From the NCBI RefSeq assembly GCF_009914755.1, contig NC_060932.1: DNA of 64,000 bases; one strand, written 5' to 3'. A model generated the notes under the pieces. That model did not search any database, was not told where the DNA came from, and saw only the letters and a list, made by a program, of their open reading frames with translations. The translations under genes and the position numbers were made by a program. The stretch comes from the human T2T-CHM13v2.0 reference genome, Homo sapiens. This document shows, one piece after another, positions 39,458 to 53,249 of the stretch. Position 1 is the first letter of the stretch. Each line of letters begins with the position of its first letter.

Positions 39458-39633
39458 TGGGCTTTGGAGTCAGCAGCCTGGGTAAAAAAGCTTGCTCTGT
39501 CACTTCCCATTCAGTGACCTAAGCAAGTGACTTCTTGACTCTTAGTTTAGTTTCCTCCTTTAAAAAATGAAAGTAGCATCTCTCAATGTTAGGGAGTTGT
39601 GAAAATGAGAGACAGCATATGTGAGGTGCCTGG
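39458..39633 (+). mobile_element. MIR SINE
   Basis: tgggctttggagtcag..cctgggt...gtgacctaagcaagtgactt...agtttcctc...aaaatga. Confidence 0.7.
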
Positions 39634-39869
39634 TCTTCCGCAGTTCTCTGTCTTCAGTGGCTGTTGTTTCTGGGATATTGTGGGGCTACTGAAGCTATGA
39701 TCTTCAGCATTATTTTGTTTGGTTTAGATAATTCGTGTGTTTATTTTACATTTGGCTTAAAAGAAATTAGTCCTTACAGTTTTCATGAGATGTAAACTGC
39801 TTATAGTCATCCCTGGGTGTCTGTAAGGTCTTTATTCATACATTTGTGTGTCTTTCTGTTCTGTCTGGG

Positions 39870-40145
39870 TGTGGCCTGAAGGACGAATGCAGGGTGCTCA
39901 TCTGTGCTTCACCCAAATTGAAACTCAGACCAGAGAAACTAAGGACATTGCTTGAAACACTGCAGTCCTCCGGCAACCTGCCAGGATAAAAATTACACTG
40001 AAAACCTACCATAAACACTGCAGGCCTCCATCAACCTGCTGGGACAAAAATTACACTGAAAACATACTGTGTACCACCTAAAGCCTGGGAGCAGAAGCTG
40101 GGAGAGTTCCTTCAGTAAATCAGGACATTCGAGAGCACTTGAGTA
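39870..40145 (+). mobile_element. L1M 5' UTR, first part of the host L1
   Basis: ctaaagcctgggagcagaagctgggagagttc...aaatcaggacattcgagagcac resembles the remembered L1M4-type 5' UTR and resumes near 42381; includes a ~58 bp internal duplication. Confidence 0.55.
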
Positions 40146-42380
40146 ACAACAGCTACCGCCCCACTCAACAGCAGATGACTGAAAGTTCTTCCTGTGAGGT
40201 CAGGAACAAGGCAAGTGTGCCCTTGCCTGCCCTCTACTTATGTGCTTTTATAAATGGGATTATTTTCTTAATTTCCTTTTATACTGTTCATTCTGATAGT
40301 ATAGGGAACAACTACTAATTTTTGCATGTAATTTTATATCCAGATATTTTGCTGAATTCCTTTTTCAGAAGAGGAAATGCCACTTCTACTCATCATAGTA
40401 GTAGAAGTCCTAGACAGAGAAATTAGGCAAAAAAAAAAAAAAAAAAGAGAGAGGGAGAAAAAATAGAAAATCATCCAAATTGGAAAGAAGTAAAATTGTT
40501 ATTTGCAGATGACATAATCTTATATGTAGAAAACTGTGAAGATTCCCCCCCACCCACACACACCTACACAAGGGTATAAAAAAGGATTCAGCAAAGTGTC
40601 TGCATACAAAATTAACACACAAAAATCACTAGTGTTTCCAAATACTATCAGAATGAACAATTTAAAAAGGAAGTAAATAATTGCATTTATAATCGTGTCA
40701 AAAAAACCCAAAATTCTTAGAAATAAGCTTAACCAAGGAGGAGAGAGGCTGTACACTGAAAACTATAAAATGTTGTTATAAGACATTAAAGACACTAATG
40801 AACGGAAAGACATCTGTGTTCATGGATTGAAAGGCTTACTGTTGTTAAGATGTCAGAACTACTAATGGTGGGTTTTTGAGAAATAGAAAAATCCACCCTA
40901 AAATTTATATGGAATTACAAGGGACCCCAAATACTCAAAACAATCTTGAAAAATAAGAACTAAGTTGGAGTCTCACACTTCCTGATTTCAAAACTTACTA
41001 CAGAGCTATGATAAGCAAAATAGTGTGGTTAAGTGCTGGCATAATCACAGACATCTAGACTAATGGAACAGAATAGAGAGTCCAGAAATAAACCCTGGTG
41101 TATATTGTCAAATGATTTCTGATAAGGGTGCCAAGACCATTCAATGGAGAAGGAACAGTGTTTTCAATAATTTATGTTAGAGAAACTGGATATCAACATA
41201 TAAATAATGAAGCTGAACTCATACCTTATACCACATATAAACAATACTCAACAGATAAAAGACCTAAACATAAGAGCTAAACCTGTAAGACTCTCAGAAG
41301 AAAACAGAGAGGATAAGCTTTATGACATTGGACTTGACAGTGATCTTGGATACCAAAAGTACAAGCAACAAAAGAATAGATACATAATTTAGACTTCATC
41401 AGAATTAAAGCTTGTGTGCATTAAGGGACACTTTCAGCTGAATGAAAGGGATGGAATGGGAGTAGATATCATATATCAAAATTCAAATCATATATCAATC
41501 TGAAAATGGACTGATACCTACACTATTTAAATAACTACAACAGCAAAATAATCTGATTCAAAAATGGGCAAAGGACTTGGATATTTCTCCAAGAAGATTC
41601 ACAAATGACCAATAAGCACAGCAACATCATTAATTATTAAGGGAATACAAAGCTAAACCACAAGGAAATGCCAACACACATTAGAGTGGTCATTGTAAAA
41701 CAACAACAATGAAAAGAAAAGAACAGGTGTTGGCAAGGATGTGGAGAAGTTAGAAACCTTGTGCATTTTTGGTGAGAATATAGAAAGATGTTCCCATCAT
41801 GGAAAATGATATGGTGAGTCTTCAAAAAATAAACATGGAATTTTCCTATGCCCCAGAAATTTCACTTCTGGCCATACACCCAAAAGAAGTGGAAGCAGGG
41901 CTCAGATAATTGTATACTCATGCTCAAGCAGTATTAGTTACAGTAGCCAAAGATGGAAGCAGCCCACGTGTGCAATAGACACGTAAATGGATGTATAAGC
42001 AAAATGGGGCCTAGACGGGTGAAAGAAGAACATTTAGCCTTAAAAAGAAATGAGATGCTGACACATGGCACAATATAGATGAACCCTGAAGACATTCCAC
42101 AAAATGAAATTCGCCCGTCACAAAAGGAGAGTGACTGTGATTCCCCTCACATGAGGTACGAAAGCAGTCGAATTCATAAAGACAGAAAGTAGAAAGGAGG
42201 CTGCCGGGGACTGGGCGCTGGAGGGAAGGAGAACTAGGTAGTTAGAAATGGGTACAGAGTTTCACATGAGGAAAAGGACGCATTTTGGAGACAATGGCAC
42301 AATGGTGTGAATGTCCTTAACACACCACAGAACTACACACACGAAATGGTTAAGATGAGTATTTTACCACCGTTTTTCCA
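40146..42380 (+). mobile_element. 5'-truncated L1MB-type element (ORF2 RT to 3' UTR)
   Basis: RT motifs (tcaggaacaaggcaag; tttgcagatgacataatc, FADD), ORF2 C-terminal region, and 3' UTR ending gaaatggttaagatg...ttttaccac. Confidence 0.9.
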
Positions 42381-42874
42381 AAAAGAACCCATGTACATGG
42401 GGGAACGCACAAAGCTGTGCATACACCAGGTCAATGTGCGTGTTCAGAAAAGGCCTAGGAAGACCTGCAGCTTTCACCTCAAGTGGTCCCTGGGCTCGTT
42501 GCAAGCCAGGGTACGTGTGGAAGAAGTGCCTCAGGACAGAACGCCTGCAGAGAATGGGAAAGGTGTTTTTGTCTTTTTCGTTTGTAGCTCTTGGCATTTA
42601 ATGAGATATCTGTCAACATACTAGCTTGAAACAACCTTAAGAAACAGAGACTCCAGTGACTGCACACGGCAAATAATACAGTGTTTTCAAAAAATAGTTT
42701 GGAAAGTCACTAAACAGACTACACCAGCCTTCAACAATCAAAAACAGCCAAACCAGAAGAAGGGTTTCCAGAGTCAGCCCCTTCTAATATCCAAGTGTCC
42801 AGTTTTCAACAAAATGACTAAAAGACATATAAAAAACAGGAAAGTATGGTCCATTCAGGACAACAAAAGAAATC

Positions 42875-43178
<304 letters not shown>

Positions 43179-44166
43179 CTAAATAATATTTTTTAAAATT
43201 TTCTTAAATATGCCCCAAAACTAAAGAACACTGGGAAACAATGTATGAAGAAAATTAAAGAGATCCAAATTATTTTTTTTTAAAGAAAACAGCAGACATT
43301 CTGGAGAAAAATAAATGAAAAATTTACTCTAGAGGTTCAGCAGCAGATTTGAGCAGGTAGAGGAAAGTGTCTACAGTTAAATATGGTACAGATGACATTG
43401 TGGAGCCTGAGGAGCAGAAAGAAAAGGAAGAACAGGGAGCCGAAACTTGAGGGTCTGTGGAACATCATCGGGCTGATCAGCCTACACATTACAAGAGTCT
43501 CCGAAAAGGGAAAAGAGAACGAAATGAAAAGAAAGAATATTTGGAGAAATAAAAGCCAAAAACATCCAAAATTTGAGGAAAGATGTGAATATACAAATCC
43601 AAGAAGCATAATGAACTTCAAGTCAGATAAACATGAAGAGATTTGCAAAAGACATGTTATAATCAAACCAGTGAGGGATAAAGAGAAAATCCCAAAAGCA
43701 GCAGAAGAGAAGTGACTCATCACACACAAGGGATGATTATTTATTTTCCAGAAAAAGCTTATCTCTTGATTTCTCTAGAAACCATGGAAGACAAAAGAGA
43801 ATGGGATGATAAAGTTCCTAAAGAAAAAAAAATTTTAAGAAGTTTATAGTCAGTAAAACTATCCTTCACAATGAAGGAGGAAGTAAGACATTCCCAGATA
43901 AACGGAACTTGAGACTTGCTCTACAAGAATGCGAAAGGGAACCTTGCAGATTGACATAAAAGGACAGCGGCATTAGCTCAAAGCTATATGAAGTGAAAGG
44001 TCTTCAGCGATGGTGAATACAGGGACGACCAGGAAAACCAACAAGATTATGTATTTGGTTTGTAACTCCACCTTTGTTGCTACAGAAATTAAAAGATGAA
44101 TGCATAAAAGATAAGTGTACGTCTATGTTACCGTGCACTCAATGTGTAAAGGTGAAACCTGTGACA

Positions 44167-44431
44167 GGCCGGGCGCCGTGGCTGACGCCTGTAATCCCAG
44201 CACTTTGGGAGGCCAAGGCGGGCAGATTTCTTGAGGTCAGGAGTTCAAGACCAGCCTAGCCAACATGGTGAAAACCCATCTTTACTAAAAACACAAAAAT
44301 TAGCCAGGTGTGGTGTTGGTTGCCTGTAATCCCAGCTACTTGGGAGGCTGAGGCAGGAGAATCATTTGAACCACTGTATACCAGCCTGGGCTACAGGGCA
44401 AGTCTCCATCTCAAAAAAAAAAAAAAAAAAA
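44167..44431 (+). mobile_element. AluS SINE with a right-arm deletion
   Basis: TSD aaag(g/a)tgaaacctg(t/c)gaca; about 35 bp missing after ttgaacc. Confidence 0.95.
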
Positions 44432-44999
44432 GATGAAACCTGCGACAGCAAGGGAGGAAGGGAGCTGTTATAAATCTAGGGTTCTATGTTTAATCCTAAT
44501 ATTATAAATTTATCTTCAAAGAAAGTATTTTAAAATATATACGCAACAGGAAATAAAAGGGAAATCAAAACAGTTAACTCCAAAAAAATCCACAAAAAAG
44601 ACAATAATTAAGAAAATGAAGGACAGAGGCTATTTATATATTGACAGAAGGGTCAATTCAACAAGGAGATACAATGATTTTAAATATATATGTACCAAAA
44701 TCAAAAACAGAGTCCCAAAATATGTGAAGCAACCATTGATGGAATTGGAGAAAGTAAGGGGTAGCTCTAATCATAGCTGGAGGCTGGAATGAACCACTTT
44801 CAATAGTAAGCAGGACGTCTACACAGAAGATTAATAAACATGGGGTTTGGACGGACACGTACAGAAGCATCCACCTGACAACAGTGGAAATACACATTCT
44901 TCTCAAGTGTACATGAAACATTCTCCACAGTAGGCCACATGTTAGGCCAAAAGACAGGTCTCAATAAATTGTAAAAGACTAAAATCATAAAAAGTTGGG

Positions 45000-45185
45000 T
45001 TTTTTTTTGTTTTTTGTTTTTTGTTTTTTGAGATGGAGTCTCACTCTGTCACCCAGGCTGGAGTGCAGTAGTGCATTCTCGGCTCGCTGCAACCTCTACC
45101 TTCTGGGTTCAGGCAATTCTCCTGCCTCAGCCTCCTGAGTAGCTGGGATTACAGGCACCCACCACCACACCCAGCTAATTTTTGT
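45000..45185 (-). mobile_element. 5'-truncated AluS (right monomer only)
   Basis: Poly-T, then gagatggagtctcactctgtcacccagg...gctaatttttgt, after which L1 sequence resumes. Confidence 0.92.
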
Positions 45186-46164
45186 CAAAGTAACATTTTA
45201 GCCACAGTGACATTAATAACAGGAGGAAAACTGGAAATTTGACAATGGGTCAAAGAATCAGAAGAAAGCTATCAGACAGAATTAACACAGAGTAAAAAAG
45301 AGATCATTAAATTAAATTCAAAAAATAGAGTATCAACAAAACTGAAGTCAGTTGATTGAAAAGATCAAAATATTGGCAAACCTTGAATGACACTGACAAA
45401 GAAAAAAAAAAGAGAACACATAAACAACTAAAATTGGAAAGGAAAATGGGGACATTACTACAGACCACACAAATAAAAAGGATTTAAGACAATACTATGA
45501 ACAATTGTACACCAATAAACTAGTTAACCCGGATGACATGGACAAATTTATATAACAATGAAAATGACCTAAACTGACTGAAGACAAGATAAAAAATCTC
45601 AACAGATTTATAATAAGAGATCGAATCTATAATGATAAAAAAATAAATCCTTGGAAAGAAATATCCAGAATCAGATACGTTCACTGGTGAATTCCACCAA
45701 ACAGGTAAAGATGAATTAACACAAATCCACAGACCCTTCCAAAAAAATAGAAGTGGAGGAAACAATTCCTAACACATTCCTTGAGGCCAGCATTACCGTG
45801 GTAGCTGAGCCCGATAAAAATGGTCATAGAAGAGAAAATCACAAACCATATCCCTTATCAATGTAGATGCTAAAATTTTCCACAGAATACCAGCAAACTT
45901 AATCCAACAGTGTATTAAAAGGTTTAGACTTGTCATCAGGTGGGATTTATTCCAGGAATGTAAAAGTGGTTCAGTTTAAGAAAATTAATTAACACTACCT
46001 GCACATCTCAGTTGACACACGAAAGGTGTCTGACAAAATCTCATAACTGTTCATGATAAAAAAAAAAAACTCTTATAAAATTAGAAGTAGAAGGAAAATT
46101 TCTCAGTATGATAAAGGGCATTTATGAAAAGCCACAGCCAAGACATCCAGTTTCCTGTCCAACA

Positions 46165-47055
46165 TTATGCAATAATAGAGGGAATAAATCTCCAAGAAGA
46201 CACAGCAATCCTTAATGTATATGCACCTGACAACAGTGTGTCAAAATACATAAGGCAAAGACTGATACAACTGCCAGGAGGAATAGATGAGTCCACCATT
46301 AATGCTGGAGATTTTGAGTGTCTGCTCTCAGTAATTGACAGATCCAGCAGGCAGAAATTCAGAAATTCAGCAATGACAGGGTTGAACTGAGTGATACCAT
46401 CAATCAACTGAATCTGACATCTGTAGGCTACTTCATCCAACAGCAGCAGAACACAGATTCTTCCCAAGCTCGCACAGAACATTCGCCAAGATAGGCCACA
46501 TTCTGGGCCAAAAATCTAGACACAGATCTCAACCTTTTCATAAAAGTTACCTCGACATAGATCACAGACCTAAATATAAAACACAGGGTCTAGAATTTAA
46601 CATCAGAGGGAACCCAGGTGACTTTGAGTCTGGTGATGAGTTTTTAGAGACCGCACCGAAGGCACCTAGGAAAGAACAGATTGAGTGATTGGACTTCATT
46701 AAAATTTAAAACTTCTGCTTTCTGAAAGACAGTTAAGAGAATGAAATGACAGACCACAGATTTGACAACATCTTTGCAAATCACGTATCCAGTAACAGAT
46801 TGGTATCCAAAATGTACAAAGAACTCTTAAGCAACAAGAAGAAAACACACATGGAGACAAGAACAGATTCAGGGTTTCTGGGGGCTTGGGGGAGAGGGAA
46901 CGGGAGTTATTTCTGAATGATTATAGAGGTTCTATTTGGACATGCAATGCATGTGCAGCGTTGCGAATGTATTTAATGACGCATAATTACACACTTAAAA
47001 TGAGTGAAATGGCAAATTTTATGTCATCTGTACCAGAATAAAAAATATTTACAAA
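46165..47055 (+). mobile_element. L1MC/MD-like fragments (EN joined to ORF2 C-terminus) plus an L1MB-like 3' UTR
   Basis: EN remnant in track ORF 46124-46390 (ILNVYAP; GDF..LSVIDRSSRQK); aatctagacacagatc...ggacttcattaaaattt; 3' end acacttaaaatg...aaattttatgt. Confidence 0.8.
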
Positions 47056-47059
47056 AAAT

Positions 47060-47560
47060 AAAATTAAATGCACATACCTTTTGACTCAGTTAATTAACTT
47101 GGAATTCATCCCATAGAAGTGCCCATATGCTCACCAATGTGGAAGGAGAGCTGCTTCTTGCAGCAGGGTTTGTAGGAATGAAAGATGGAAAATGAACGCG
47201 AGTGTCCATCTGTAGGAAAACAGCCACTTCACTGTGCATCTGTGCAGGGAGCACCATGAAGCCCATAAAATGAGTGAGGCCAAGCCCTACGTGCGGTATG
47301 GCCTGATCTCAAAGATAGTGTGTCTCATTTAAAAGTAGCAAGATGCAGAACCCCAGATGTCCTGTGTTTTATGAGGTCAGGACTGAGACGCACATGTGCC
47401 TGCCGGCCACTGTCTGTGCTGACTGGTGTGTGCCGGAGCCCCTGGACCCGGTCAGATATTTGATGTTGCCCCTTTGGGGGGTGACATTTACCTATGTCTG
47501 TTTATATAGACATAGAACATCACTGTAAAACAAAACAGGCCAGAAACCCAGTAGCAAAAG
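47060..47560 (+). mobile_element. Old L1ME-like 3' fragment
   Basis: aaatgcacataccttttgactcag...ggaattcatcc...tgcagcagggtttgta...gtgtccatc. Confidence 0.55.
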
Positions 47561-48302
47561 TTGTCTGTAAAGAGGGGTGCAGCGTTTCTCAGTCATGAGT
47601 ACCTGGAATCTTGTTGTTGTTCAGCATGCGTTGCATTATATATATTCAGTGTTGATTTAACAGTTAGAATGTAAAACTTGACACTTAGAATAAAAACAAA
47701 TTTGTCTTCTTCACCACTGGATTCTGGAGGAATCCGTGAGTCTTCAGAGAACCCTCCGGTTGTCTGCACATGTGCCGTTCAGCTATGCTCTCACCTATAA
47801 TCTCCCCTATACTCCCCCCCTTAATTATGGAGAATGGTAAAGTCCGGAATTTTGATAAACCTTTGAAGAAAAATCAAGAATGGACAAACAGTAGTGAGGC
47901 TGGGTTCCTCATAAAGGTTTTTCCTGTGGAACACCATAACACTTCCTCAGGCCATTCAGTAACAGTCCAAAGTCAGGGGTGGATTCAGGCTTCACAGCGG
48001 CAGGCTCTGTCCCGGGATACCTCAAGTCCCACCTGAACCTGATGGTCACTACAGGACAAAAGAGGGTTTCAGTCACAGACTGGAAAAGGTCAGATTTTTG
48101 AATATCAGATGTAGGAAGGCTGAATTATGTCTGGGGAGGGGAGAAGGAAGCAAGATCCAAGTTCAGCTGGCGCCAAAACTGAACCTTGATAACCATCCCC
48201 CTCTCATATTCATCAGCAGCATCAAAGACTAAGGGTTCAAATCCACCTGACCCCCAAGAACCACCGCACGGTAGCTTTCCACACAAAATGATCACACTTC
48301 AG

Positions 48303-48617
48303 TATTGGTTATCAGATTTTTAAAATTACAATATTTCATAAAATCCTGTGAAACTGTATGATACGAAACACGTGTTTATTTGCTTTAGAATTCGTAGCAA
48401 CACACGCTTTTCAGTTATCCACTGTAAATGAGTTACTGCTGACTTAATTAGATATGTGAAATATTGGTTTCAAATTTTGAAAATTGTAACCTTTCATAAA
48501 ATCCTATGAAACTGTATGATGAGAAACACACGTTTATTTGCTTTAGATTTCATAGCAGCACAGACGTTTCAGTTATCCGTTTTAATTGAGTTACTGTTGA
48601 GTTAGACACGTGAAATA
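48303..48617. repeat. Diverged tandem duplication, 2 x about 159 bp
   Basis: tttcataaaatcct(g/a)tgaaactgtatgat..gaaacac..gtttatttgctttaga..ttcagttatcc..tgagttactg occurs twice. Confidence 0.92.
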
Positions 48618-49536
48618 CTTTTGGTCACTGACCCTTATAAAGTAGAGGTTTTCTTTGCACCTGGAATTCCAACTTCACACTGCAGCCAACTGAAGTGATT
48701 TTGCCGTCGCACTGTTCACCTTGGAAGTGCATATTCTGTCACAGTAATGAAATTAAAGGGCACACAATATTTTTTTAAAACTCCATTAAATTAATTACAC
48801 TCTAGAGCTGTCTGTGCTGTAACAAAAGCATTTTGGGATTTCTCCATCCAAAAAATAACACTTTTAACATGTCAGGGGAGACATGGCCGAGTTACCCTCC
48901 AGCCACCATCTGACTTTCCCAGCATCACTCCTGTGTCACCGCCTCTCAGGTGTGCATTAGATTGAGGGTCTCATTGGAGAATTGGGGCAGCCCATGGTCT
49001 GGTGTAAGGAGGGTCTGTCCGCCTGGGGCTGGGCTGCTGGGGGCCCCTCTCCCACCCCTATCCGCCTCCTGCTCCGGAGGTCGAGGACTTTCGGGGGTCT
49101 CCCTATGGTGCCACTTCTCTCTCTTTTCTGAATTTTCGTGGAAGTTTCACTTGTTCATTATGAAGGATACACACAGGATTGAACCTGTCACCAACCTAAG
49201 TGTTCTCTGAATTTCCATGGGTAAATCCTAAACCTTTTTGAAGAAAAATACTACATGTTTCCTTTTACAGCTCCCATGTGCCCTACCGGGGAAGGCGCAA
49301 GATGCCCTCTGAAAGGGTGACCTATCCCAGCAGTTCTAAGCCGCCGTTGCGTGTTTTTAGTTATTAATAGGACTTCCAGAACACCGCTCCGTGGCGGTGG
49401 TTTTCTAAGTGACGCTTTTTTACAAAAGAGGTTTTTTCAGAAGCGGCGACACCATAGAACCGTATTTAGTAAGTAACATTTTGAGAAGAGTAAAGCTTCC
49501 TGGAGAAAGTCAAGAAATAACTTGCGATAATTCCCA

Positions 49537-52500
49537 ACACTCAAGAAACTCGGCAGCTTTTAAAAATAGAGCGTGTGCAAGTACAGTGTCTCTCCAGCAG
49601 TGGTCTACACTCGAGAAACTCGGCAGCGTTTAAAAATAGAGCCTGTGCGAGTGCAGCGTCTCTCCAACATTGGTCTACACTCGAGAAACTCGGCAGCGTT
49701 TAAAAATAGAGCCTATGCGAGTGCAGCGTCTCTCCAACAGTGGTCTACACTCGAGAAACTCGGCAGCTTTTAAAAATAGAGCGTGTGCGAGTGCAGCGTC
49801 TCTCCAACAGTGGTCTACACTCGAGAAACTCGGCAGCTTTTAAAAATAGAGCGTGTGCGAGTGCAGCGTCTCTCCAACAGTGGTCTACACTCGAGAAACT
49901 CGGCAGCGTTTAAAAATAGAGCCTGTACGAGTGCAGCGTCTCTCCAACAGTGGTCTACACTCGAGAAACTCGGCAGCTTTTAAAAATAGAGCGTGTGCAA
50001 GTACAGCGTCTCTCCAACAGTGGTCTACACTCGAGAAACTCGGCAGCGTTTAAAAATAGAGCCTGTACGAGTGCAGCGTCTCTCCAACAGTGGTCTACAC
50101 TCGAGAAACTCAGCAGCTTTTAAAAATAGAGCGTGTGCAAGTACAGCGTCTCTCCAACGGTGGTCTACACTCGAGAAACTCGGCAGCGTTTAAAAATAGA
50201 GTGTGTGCGAGTGCAGCGTCTCTCCAACAGTGGTCTACACTCGAGAAACTCGGCAGTGTTTAAAAATAGAGCCTGTGCGAGTGCAGCGTCTCTCCAACGG
50301 TGGTCTACACTCGAGAAACTTGGCAGCTTTTAAAAATAGAGCGTGTGCGAGTGCAGCCTCTCTCCAACAGTGGTCTACACTCGAGAAACTTCGCAGCTTT
50401 TAAAAATAGAGGCTGTGCGAGTGCAGCGTCTCTCCAACAGTGGTCTACACTCGAGACACTTGGCAGCTTTTAAAAATAGAGCGTGTGTGAGTGCAGCGTC
50501 TCTCCCACAGTGGTCTACACTCGAGACACTCGGCAGCTTTTAAAAATAGAGCGTGTGCGAGTGCAGCGTCTCCCCAACAGTGGTCTACACTCGAGAAACT
50601 CAGCAGCGTTTAAAAATAGAGCCTGTACGAGTGCAGCGTCTCTCCAACAGTGGTCTACACTCGAGAAACTCGGCAGCTTTTAAAAATAGAGCGTGTGCGA
50701 GTGCAGCGTCTCTCCAACAGTGGTCTACACTCGAGAAACTTGGCAGCGTTTAAAAATAGAGCCTGTGCGAGTGCAGCGTCTCTCCAACGGTGGTCTACAC
50801 TCGAGAAACTTGGCAGCTTTTAAAAATAGAGCGTGTGCGAGTGCAGCGTCTCTCCAACAGTGGTCTACACTCGAGAAACTCGGCAGCTTTTAAAAATAGA
50901 GCGTGTGCGAGTGCAGCGTCTCTCCAACAGTGGTCTACACTCGAGACACTCGGCAGCGTTTAAAAATAGAGGCTGTGCGAGTGCAGCGTCTCTCCAACAG
51001 TGGTCTACACTCGAGACACTCGGCAGCGTTTAAAAATAGAGCGTGTGCGAGTGCAGCGTCTCTCCAACAGTGGTCTACACTCGAGACACTTGGCAGCTTT
51101 TAAAAATACAGCGTGCGTGAGTGCAGTGTCTATCCCATAGTGGTCTACACTCGAGAAACTCGGCAGCTTTAAAAATAGAGCGTGTGCGAGTACAGCGTCT
51201 CTCCCACAGTGGTCTACACTCGAGAAACTCGGTAGCGTTTAAAAATAGAGCCTGTGCGAGTGCAGCGTCTCTCCCACAGTGGTCTACACTCGAGAAACTC
51301 GGCAGCTTTTAAAAATAGAGCGTGTGCGAGTGCAGCGTCTCTCCAACAGTGGTCTACACTCGAGACACTCGGCAGCGTTTAAAAATAGAGCGTGTGCAAG
51401 TGCAGCATCTCTCCAACAGTGGTCTACACTCGAGAAACTCGGCAGCTTTTAAAAATAGAGCGTGTGCGAGTGCAGCGTCTCTCCAACAGTGGTCTACACT
51501 CGAGACACTCGGCAGCGTTTAAAAATAGAGCCTGTGCGAGTGCAGCGTCTCTCCAACAGTGGTCTACACTGGAGAAACTCGGCAGCTTTAAAAATAGAGC
51601 GTGTGTGAGTGCAGCGTCTCTCCAACAGTGGTCTACACTCGAGACACTCGGCAGCGTTTAAAAATAGAGCGTGTGCGAGTGCAGCGTCTCTCCAACAGTG
51701 GTCTACACTCGAGAAACTCGGCAGCTTTTAAAAATAGAGGCTGTGCGAGTGCAGCGTCTCTCCAACAGTGGTCTACACTCGAGAAACTCGGCAGCTTTTA
51801 AAAATAGAGCCTGTGCGAGTGCAGCGTCTCTCCAACAGTGGTCTACACTCGAGAAACTTCGCAGCTTTTAAAAATAGAGGCTGTGCGAGTGCAGCGTCTC
51901 TCCAACAGTGGTCTACACTCGAGACACTTGGCAGCGTTTAAAAATAGAGGCTGTGCGAGTGCAGCGTGTCTCCAACAGTGGTCTACACTCGAGACACTCG
52001 GCAGCGTTTAAAAATACAGGCTGTGCGAGTGCAGCGTCTCTCCAACAGTGGTCTACACTCGAGACACTCGGCAGCGTTTAAAAATAGAGCGTGTGCGAGT
52101 GCAGCGTCTCTCCAACAGTGGTCTACACTCGAGAAACTCGGCAGCTTTTAAAAATAGAGCGTGTGTGAGTGCAGCGTCTCTCCAACAGTGGTCTACACTC
52201 GAGACACTCGTCAGTGTTAAAAAATAGAGCGTGTGCGAGTGCAGCGTCTCTCCCACAGTGGTCTACACTCGAGACACTCAGCAGCTTTTAAAAATAGAGC
52301 GTGTGTGAGTGCAGCGTCTCTCCAACAGTGGTCTACACTCGAGACACTCGTCAGCGTTTAAAAATAGAGCGTGTGCGAGTGCAGCGTCTCTCCAACAGTG
52401 GTCTACACTCGAGAAACTCGGCAGCTTTTAAAAATAGAGCGTGTGTGAGTGCAGCGTCTCTCCAACAGTGGTCTACACTCGAGACACTCGTCAGTGTTTA

Positions 52501-52614
52501 AAAATAGAGCGTGTGCGAGTGCAGCGTCTCTCCAACAGTGGTCTACACTCGAGACACTCGTCAGCGTTTAAAAATAGAGCGTGTGTGAGTGCAGCGTCTC
52601 TCCAACAGTCTACA
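49537..52614. repeat. VNTR, 70 bp unit, about 44 copies
   Basis: Unit ctcgagaaactcggcagcttttaaaaatagagcgtgtgcgagtgcagcgtctctccaacagtggtctaca. Confidence 0.99.
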
Positions 52615-53249
52615 AATGGCTTTGCTGCTTTTCATTTCTTTGCAACTCTTGAAGGGTCCTGTTTCAAACTTTGATTTCTCCAAATCGTGGCAACAACATG
52701 AAATAAAAAGGTTGGTGTTTAGGTTGTCAAAGAATGTATAGCTTTATCAGTTCAGCTTTACTTTCCTGGATTTATTTTCAAAACCATCTTCATATTGTAT
52801 TTCTCCCACAGGGCTCCCCACTGTCCATATCTAGTTCACCCAGATTGTTAGTGACCTTCGTTTCTTCGTATCTAGTATATGCCAGTTAGCAAAATGGCAG
52901 CCCTCTTCACGCCTTGGATTCTAGAAAAGGCTGTTCCTGACTTTGAAGTTTAGGCCTCCACAGGAGGCCTGTTGTCAGGGCCGGTTCGTTACCTCCAGTT
53001 TATCACCTAGGGGAACAGATTCCCCCGCCGATGTCGAAAGGCAGTTCTCTCATGTTACGAAAATGGGATCTGTGGCTATAAGTTAAATACTGCCAAGCAA
53101 CATACTAAGTTACCACTTTCAAAATGAAAATTGAGTGGTTCCTATTCGTACTTAATATATTTTTACTGTTTTCATTGTAACTAATCCATTGTCAGTGATC
53201 AGCCCCCCCCCCGCCCCCTCGCCCATCCTTGGGGCCTCCAATGTGTTCC

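Noticed and set aside
43383-46390. L1 ORF1 and endonuclease-like ORFs as functional genes
   Set aside because: Short, frameshifted and Alu-interrupted fossils.
49573-52674. Series of near-identical 66 aa ORFs resembling a tandem gene array
   Set aside because: They arise because the 70 bp period shifts frame in each unit. Starts are mostly non-ATG and there is no gene structure.
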